Positions 26,401 to 35,400 of a stretch of 64,000 nt of DNA are shown here, one piece after another. The DNA lies in NCBI GenBank assembly GCA_023205875.1, contig CP060761.1:1-64000 (forward strand), written 5' to 3'. Made by a program: the position numbers and the translations under genes. A model generated the notes under the pieces. That model worked only from the letters and a program-made list of their open reading frames with translations. It was not told the DNA's origin and made no database searches. The first letter of the stretch is position 1. Each line of letters opens with the position of its first letter. Source of the stretch: Chloropicon primus. Lineage: Eukaryota.

Positions 26401-29400
26401 TCCACAGGCTGAGCGCAGCCTACGTTTGTGCACTGCTCAAATTTGTTGGCGTATGGGCAAGCATGGCCACTGTGGGCCGCACTTGTTGTGAGCTTGTACA
26501 ACCTGCACCTCTTGTTCTTGTGGGTTTCGGTGTCATGGCTGCAATCGCCATAAGAATCCCAGGAGCCAACACAATCCACAGGCTGAGCGCAACCAGACTT
26601 GGTGCACTGCTTGTAGTCGTTGGCATACGCGCAGGAATATCCGTTGTGTGCAGAGGTGACTGTGATCTTGTACAATCTGCACCTCGTGTTGGTGTGATCC
26701 TTCGAAACGTAGGAACAGGATCCGTAGGCATCCCAGGCTCCCACGCAGTCCACGGGCTGAGCGCAACCATCGGTGGTGCACTGCTTGTAAGTGTTGACAT
26801 ATGGGCAACCCACACCGTTGTGCGCGGCGTTGGTTGTGATGGCATAAGTCCTGCACCTCCTGTTCTTGTGGTCACTGGTATAGTGCTTGCACGAGCCGTA
26901 GGCACCCCAGTCTCCGGCGCAATCAACAGGCTGAGAGCAGCTGTTGGTCGTGCACTCGACCTTCTGGTCCTCGAATGGGCACTGGACACCGTTCAAGTCA
27001 GCCTTGGTGGTGACCTTGTAAGTCCTGCACCTCTCGTTCTTGTGACTATCCTTAACGTGCTGGCAGGTGCCGTAAGCTCCCCACTCGCCCTCGCAGTCCA
27101 CAGGCTGGCCGCAGCCGCTCTTGGTGCAAGTCCTGAGCTTGTCCTCGTGTGGGCAAGCATAACCGTTGTTGGCGGCAGCTGTGGACACGGCGTAGACACG
27201 GCAGCGCTCGTTCTCGTGGTCAGCCTCCTCGTAGTGGCACTCACCATAAGCTCCCCAAGATCCAACGCAGTCGACAGGCTGGGCACAACCGGTGGCCGTA
27301 CAATCCTCTGCTTCGTTGGCGTAAGGACAGGCCGCACCACCAAACATGCTTGCGACAGAGACCTTGTACAGTCTGCACCTCTTGTTCTTATGCTCATCGG
27401 TGTCATGTTTGCAAGGGCCATAAGGAGCAAAACCTCCTTCACAATCCACAGACTGGAGGCAACCAGTCATCGTGCACTGCACATAGCTGTCAGCGAAGGG
27501 GCAAGTGTAACCGTTGTGAGAAGAGGCTCTCTCGACGGCGTAAGTCCTGCACTTCTGATTCTTGTTCGTCGTCAGATCACGCTCGCACTCAGAGTAGTCA
27601 TCCCAAGCTCCCAAGCAGTCAACCGGCTGGGCGCAGCCCTCGGTGGTGCACTGCTCAAAGGCGTTGGCGTATGGGCAACCGTAACCGTTGCTGGCCTTGT
27701 TGGTGGCGATCTTGTAGACTCTGCACCTCCTGTTCTTGTGGTCCTTGTCGTCATGGAAGCAGGTGCTGTAGACACCCCAGGCTCCAACGCAGTCGACAGG
27801 CTGGGCACAAGTTGCTTTCGTGCACTCCTCCTTGTTATGGGTGTGAGGGCATCCTTTTCCATTGTGCTTGGCCGCGATGCTGACCTTGTACAATCTGCAC
27901 TTTTCGTTCTTGTGACCAGCAGCAACGTGCTTACACGTGCCATAAGAATCCCAAGCACCCACGCAGTCCACAGGCTGAGAGCAAGTGGAAGTGGTGCACT
28001 GCTTGTAGTTGTTCTGCTGTGGGCACTGATAACCGTTGTGCGCAGCTTGAACACTGATCTTGTAGAGCCTGCATTTCTCATTCTTATGACCATCCTTGTT
28101 GTATCCACAGACGTTTCCGTCAGCATGTGTAATCCAAGAATCCCAAGCACCAGCACAGTCCACAGGCTGAGAGCAGCCACCAGTAGTGCAAGACTCGTAC
28201 ATGTTGGCGAAGGGGCATCCATAACCGTTGTTTGCGGCATTGGTTGCCACCTTGTAGTACCTGCACCTCCTGTTCTTGTGGTCAGACGCGGTATGCTTGC
28301 AAGCTCCGTACTCGTCCCAAGAGCCAGCACAGTCCACAGGCTGAGAGCAACCAGACTGGGTGCAAGACTTGTACATGTTGGTGTATGGGCATCCATAACC
28401 GTTGTGGGCTGCCGCGACAGTGATCTTGTAGTGCCTGCACCTCTTGTTCTTGTGGACAGAGGAATCGTGGAAGCAAGCACCATATGGATCCCAGGATCCA
28501 ACACAGTCCACAGGCTGAGAGCAACCAGACTGAGTGCACTGCTTGTACATGTTGGTGTATGGGCACCCATAACCGTTGTTCGCGGCGTTGGTGCTGTACT
28601 TGTAGTGCCTGCACCTCTTGTTCTTGTGGTCCTTTCCATCGTGGTAACAAGATCCATAGGCATCCCAAGCACCGACGCAGTCAACAGGCTGAGCGCATCC
28701 ACCAGTAGTGCACTGCTCAAAGTTGTTCGTGTAGGCACACTTGAAACCGTTGTGGGCAGCAGCAGTGGTGATCTTGTAGTTCCTGCATCTCTTGTTCTTG
28801 TGATTAGAAGCCTCGTGCTTGCACGAGCCATAAGCCCCCCAAGCCCCGACACAGTCCACAGGCTGAGCGCAGCCAGAAGTGGTACAGGACTTGTAGTTGT
28901 TAGCGTATGGGCAAGAATATCCATTGTGGGCGGCATTCTTGCTAATCAGATAGAACCTGCAACGTTCGTTCTTGTGAACGCTTGGCGCAAGAAGAGATCT
29001 CCTCGAGAAAGGCATGGACAAGTCCATTCCATCAGGAGACAACTTCGGGTTCGCAAGATCCAACTTGAGGCCACCAACATACGAGCAAGAACTGTAAGAG
29101 CCCCAAGCACCGACGCAGTCCACAGGCTGAGAGCAACCAGAAGTGGTGCACTGCTTGTACATGTTGGTGTATGGGCATCCGTAACCGTTGTGAGCAACGT
29201 TGGTAGCGATCTTGTAGAACCTGCACTTTCTGTTCTTGTGGTCCTTGGAATCATGCTTGCATGGGCCATATGGATCCCAAGCACCAGCGCAGTCCACAGG
29301 CTGAGAGCAACCAGACTGAGTGCACTGCTCAAAGTTGTTGGTGAATGGGCATCCATAACCGTTGTGAGCGGCGCTCTTTGTGTACTTGTAAGTTCTGCAC

Positions 29401-32400
29401 CTCCTGTTCTTGTGGTCAGAGGCAGTATGCTTACAGGATCCGTAGGCACCCCAGGAGCCAACACAGTCCACAGGCTGAGAGCAACCAGAAGTGGTGCACT
29501 GCTCAAAGTTGTTGGTGTATGGGCATCCATAACCGTTGTGGGCGGCGTTGGTGCTGTACTTGTAGTTTCTGCACCTCCTGTTCTTGTGATCAGAGGCAGT
29601 ATGCTTACAGGACCCGTAGGCACCCCAAGCACCGACGCAGTCCACAGGCTGAGCGCATCCACCAGTAGTGCAGGACACCTGGTTGTTGCTGTGTGGGCAC
29701 GACTTGCCATTAGTTGCTGGAGCTGTGGTGACCTTGTAGGTCTTGCACCTCTCATTCTTGTGACCAGAAGCAACGTGCTTACAAGAGCCATAAGCTCCCC
29801 ACTCGCCTTCGCAATCGACAGGCTGTCCACAACCACTCTTGGTGCAATGTTTCTCCCCATTTGTATGCAAGCAAGCATATCCACTGTTCTTTGTGTTCTG
29901 TGTGATCACAAACGTGCGGCACCTTTCGTTCTCGTGGTCCTTCTCATCGTAGAAGCATGCTCCATAAGAAGCCCAAGCACCAACACAGTCCACAGGCTGG
30001 GAGCAGCCCGACGTGGTGCACTGCTGGAAGTTGTTCGTGTATGCACATCCATAACCGTTGTGGGCAGCGCTCTTCGAAATCTTGTAGTTCCTGCATCGCC
30101 TGTTCTTGTGATCTTCATCATGCTTGCATGAGCTGTATGGATCCCATGCACCGACGCAGTCCACAGGCTGGGAGCAACCAGAAGTGGTGCACTGCTTGAA
30201 CATGTTGGTGTATGCACATCCATAACCGTTGTGGGCAGCGTTGGTAGCGATCTTGTAGAACCTGCACTTTCTGTTCTTGTGGTCAGCAGTGTCGTGCTTG
30301 CATGGGCCATAGTTGTCCCAAGAGCCGGCACAGTCCACAGGCTGAGAGCAACCAGACTGAGTGCACTGCTTGTACATGTTGGTGTATGGGCATCCATAAC
30401 CGTTGTGAGCAGCGTTCGTGCTATACTTGTAGTGCCTGCACCTCCTGTTCTTGTGGTCCTTTCCATCATGATAGCAAGCTGCATATGGACCCCAAGCACC
30501 AGCGCAGTCCACAGGCTGAGAGCAACCAGAAGTGGTGCACTGCTCAAAGTTGTTGGCATATGGGCATCCATAACCGTTGTGAGCGGCGTTGGTGCTGTAC
30601 TTGTAGTTTCTGCACCTCCTGTTCTTGTGGTCAGAGGCAGTATGCTTACAAGACCCGTAGGAACCCCAAGCACCAGCGCAGTCCACAGGCTGAGAGCATC
30701 CACCAGTAGTACACTGCTGGAAGTTGTTGGTGTGTGGGCACCCATAACCGTTGTTCGCAGCGTTGGTGCTCACCTTGTACAACCTGCACCTCCTGTTCTT
30801 GTGGTCAGCAGTGTCGTGCTTGCATGAGCCATAGTCGTTCCATGCACCGACGCAGTCCACAGGCTGAGAGCAACCAGAAGTGGTACAAGACTTGTACATG
30901 TGAGTAAATGGGCATCCATAACCGTTGTAGGCAGAGTTGGTAGTGATCTTGTAGTGCCTGCACTTTCTGTTCTTGTGGTCAGACGCGGTATGCGTGCATG
31001 AACCATATGGGTTCCAGGATCCAACACAGTCCACAGGCTGAGAGCAACCAGACTGAGTGCACTGCTTGTACATGTTGGTGTATGGGCACCCATAACCGTT
31101 GTTCGCGGCGTTGGTGCTGTACTTGTAGTGCCTGCACCTCTTGTTCTTGTGGTCCTTTCCATCGTGGTAACAAGATCCATAGGCATCCCAAGCACCGACG
31201 CAGTCAACAGGCTGAGCGCATCCACCAGTAGTGCACTGCTCAAAGTTGTTCGTGTAGGCACACTTGAAACCGTTGTGGGCAGCAGCAGTGGTGATCTTGT
31301 AGTTCCTGCATCTCTTGTTCTTGTGATTAGAAGCCTCGTGCTTGCACGAGCCATAAGCCCCCCAAGCCCCGACACAGTCCACAGGCTGAGCGCAGCCAGA
31401 AGTGGTACAGGACTTGTAGTTGTTAGCGTATGGGCAAGAATATCCATTGTGGGCGGCATTCTTGCTAATCAGATAGAACCTGCAACGTTCGTTCTTGTGA
31501 ACGCTTGGCGCAAGAAGAGATCTCCTCGAGAAAGGCATGGACAAGTCCATTCCATCAGGAGACAACTTCGGGTTCGCAAGATCCAACTTGAGGCCACCAA
31601 CATACGAGCAAGAACTGTAAGAGCCCCAAGCACCGACGCAGTCCACAGGCTGAGAGCAACCAGAAGTGGTGCACTGCTTGTACATGTTGGTGTATGGGCA
31701 TCCGTAACCGTTGTGAGCAACGTTGGTGCTGTACTTGTAGAACCTGCACTTTCTGTTCTTGTGGTCCTTGGAATCATGCTTGCATGGGCCATATGGATCC
31801 CAAGCACCAGCGCAGTCCACAGGCTGAGAGCAACCAGACTGAGTGCACTGCTCAAAGTTGTTGGTGAATGGGCATCCATAACCGTTGTGAGCGGCGCTCT
31901 TTGTGTACTTGTAAGTTCTGCACCTCCTGTTCTTGTGGTCAGAGGCAGTATGCTTACAGGATCCGTAGGCACCCCAGGAGCCAACACAGTCCACAGGCTG
32001 AGAGCAACCAGAAGTGGTGCACTGCTCAAAGTTGTTGGTGTATGGGCATCCATAACCGTTGTGGGCGGCGTTGGTGCTGTACTTGTAGTTTCTGCACCTC
32101 CTGTTCTTGTGATCAGAGGCAGTATGCTTACAGGACCCGTAGGCACCCCAAGCACCGGCGCAGTCCACAGGCTGAGAGCAACCAGACTGAGTGCACTGCT
32201 GATAGTTGTTGGTGTATGGGCATCCATAACCGTTGTGAGCAGCACTCTTGCTGTAAATGTACTTTCTGCACCTGTAGTTCTTGTGGTCAGAGTTCTGGTG
32301 AAAGCAAGATCCGTAGGAACCCCAAGCACCAGCGCAGTCCACTGGCTGAGAGCAACCAGAAGTTGTGCACTGCTTGTAGTTGTTGGTGTATGGGCATCCA

Positions 32401-35400
32401 TAACCGTTGTTCGCGGCGTTGGTGCTGTACTTGTAGTTTCTGCACCTCCTGTTCTTGTGGTCCTTTCCATCGTGGTAACAAGATCCATAGGCACCCCAAG
32501 CACCGACGCAATTAACAGGCTGAGCGCATCCACCAGTAGTGCAGGACACCTGGTTGTTGCTGTGTGGGCACGACTTGCCATTAGTTGCTGGAGCTGTGGT
32601 GACCTTGTAGGTCTTGCACCTCTCATTCTTGTGACCAGAAGCAACGTGCTTACAAGAGCCATAAGCTCCCCACTCGCCTTCGCAATCGACAGGCTGTCCA
32701 CAACCACTCTTGGTGCAGTGTTTCTCCCCATTTGTATGCAAGCAAGCATATCCACTGTTCTTTGCGTTCTGTGTGATCACAAACCTGCGGCACCTTTCGT
32801 TCTCGTGGTCCTTCTCATCGTAGAAGCATGCTCCATAAGAAGCCCAAGCACCAACACAGTCCACAGGCTGGGAGCAGCCAGACTGAGTGCACTGCTTGTA
32901 GTTGTTGCTGTATGGGCATCCATAACCGTTGTGAGCAGCACTCTTGCTGTACTTGTAGTACCTGCACCTGTAGTTCTTGTGGTCAGAACTCTGGTGGTAA
33001 CAAGAACCGTAGGAACCCCAAGCACCAGCGCAGTCCACAGGCTGGGAGCAACCAGAAGTGGTGCACTGCTTGTAGTTGTTGGTGTATGGGCATCCATAAC
33101 CGTTGTGGGCAGCGCTCTTGCTGTACTTGTAGTACCTGCACCTCCTGTTCTTGTGGTCCTTTCCATCATGATAGCAAGCTGCATAGGAACCCCAAGCACC
33201 AGCGCAGTCCACAGGCTGAGAGCAACCAGACTGAGTGCACTGCTGATAGTTGTTGGCATATGGGCATCCATAACCGTTGTGAGCAGCACTCTTGCTGTAA
33301 ATGTACTTTCTGCACCTGTAGTTCTTGTGGTCAGAGTTCTGGTGAAAGCAAGATCCGTAGGAACCCCAAGCACCAGCGCAGTCCACTGGCTGAGAGCAGC
33401 CAGAAGTTGTGCACTGCTTGTAGTTGTTGTTGTATGGGCATCCCTTTCCACTGTGGGCAGCGTACTTGCTGTACTTGTAGTACCTGCATCTCCTGTTCTT
33501 GTGGTCAGAATCGTGAGCACAAGACCCGTAGGCACCCCAAGCACCAGCGCAGTCCACAGGCTGAGAGCAACCACCAGTAGTGCAAGACACATAGTTGTTT
33601 GTGAAAGGGCATCCATAACCGTTGTGCGCAGCACTCTTGCTGTACTTGTACACCCTGCATCTCTCGTTCTTGTGTCCCATCAAAACATACTTGCAAGAGC
33701 CATAGGCAGCCCAAGCACCAACACAGTCCACAGGCTGAGAGCAGCCAGACTGAGTGCACTGCTTGTAGTTGTTGCTGTATGGGCATCCATAACCGTTGTG
33801 GGCAGCGCTCTTGCCGTACTTGTAGTACCTGCACCTGTAGTTCTTGTGGTCAGAACTCTGGTGGTAACAAGAACCGTAGGAACCCCAAGCACCAGCGCAG
33901 TCCACAGGCTGGGAGCAGCCAGAAGTGGTGCACTGCTTGTAGTTGTTGCTGTATGGGCATCCATAACCGTTGTGGGCAGCGCTCTTGCCGTACTTGTAGT
34001 ACCTGCACCTGTAGTTCTTGTGGTCAGAAACCTGATGGAAGCAAGAGCCATAGGAAGCCCAACCACCAGCACAGTCCACAGGCTGAGAGCAGCCAGAAGT
34101 GGTGCACTGCTTGTAGTTGTTGCTGTATGGGCATCCATATCCACTGTGAGCAGCACTCTTGCTGTACTTGTAGTACCTGCACCTGTAGTTCTTGTGGTCA
34201 GAACTCTGGTGGTAACAAGAACCGTAGGAACCCCAAGCACCAGCACAGTCCACAGGCTGGGAGCAACCAGAAGTGGTGCACTGCTTGTAGTTGTTGCTGT
34301 ATGGGCATCCAGCACCATTGTGAGCAGCGCTCTTGCTGTACTTGTAGTACCTGCACCTGTAGTTCTTGTGGTCAGAACTCTGGTGGTAACAAGAACCGTA
34401 GGAACCCCAAGCACCAGCACAGTCCACAGGCTGGGAGCAACCAGAAGTGGTGCACTGCTTGTAGTTGTTGCTGTATGGGCATCCAGCACCATTGTGAGCA
34501 GCGCTCTTGCTGTACTTGTAGTACCTGCACCTGTAGTTCTTGTGGTCAGAACTCTGGTGGAAGCAAGACCCGTAACCACCCCAAGCACCAACACAGTTCA
34601 CAGGCTGAGAGCAGCCAGAAGTTGTGCACTGCTGATAGTTGTTGCTGTATGGGCATCCATGACCGTTGTGGGCAGCACTCTTGCTGTACTTGTAGTTTCT
34701 GCACCTCCTGTTCGTTGAACCGCTCTTGTGGCAACCTCCATAGGCACCCCAAGCACCAACGCAATTCACAGGTTGGGTACAACCGCTTGTCGTACAACCC
34801 TGATGTCCATGGCCGTACGAGCAACCAGAACCGCCGTGAGCAGGCCAGGTACTGTAACTGTACTTCCTGCAGCGCTGGTTCTTGTGGCCTGAGCTTGTGT
34901 AGTGACAGCTTCCATAGCTACCCCAACTTCCGGCACAGTTCACAGGCTGAGTACAACCGCTGGTGGTACAGGACTGCTGGCCATTGCTGGCTCCACAGCC
35001 GGAACCACCATGGGCAGCGTTCCTCGTCACCTTGTAGCTTCTGCACCTCCTGTTCGTTGAGCCGCTCTTGTGGCAACCTCCATAGCTGCCCCAACTACCG
35101 GCACAGTTCACAGGCTGAGAGCAACCGCTGGTGGTACAGGACTGCTGGCCATTGCTGGCTCCACAGCCCGCACCGCCGTTCTGAGGGTGGACGGTGTACC
35201 TGTAGGTCTTGCACTTTCTGTTTTGGGAGCCAGACTTGTGGCAACCTCCGTATCCAGTCCAGTAACCTTGGCAGGCAACCGCTTTTGGGCAACCGCCCGT
35301 AGTGCAGTCCGCGTGCCAGTTACCGTATGGGCAACCAGGTCCTCCGTTCTGAGCAGAAACAGAGTGCCTGTAGTGCCTGCACTTCTGGCCGCCGCTGCAA

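Noticed and set aside
3804..34718. Very long plus-strand ORFs (1638, 1086, 1501, 1870, 1222, 1196 aa etc.) antisense to the giant gene
   Set aside because: Shadow frames. The repetitive coding strand rarely uses TTA/CTA/TCA, so the antisense frame lacks stops. The products are Val/Leu/Ala mirror repeats with no domain logic.
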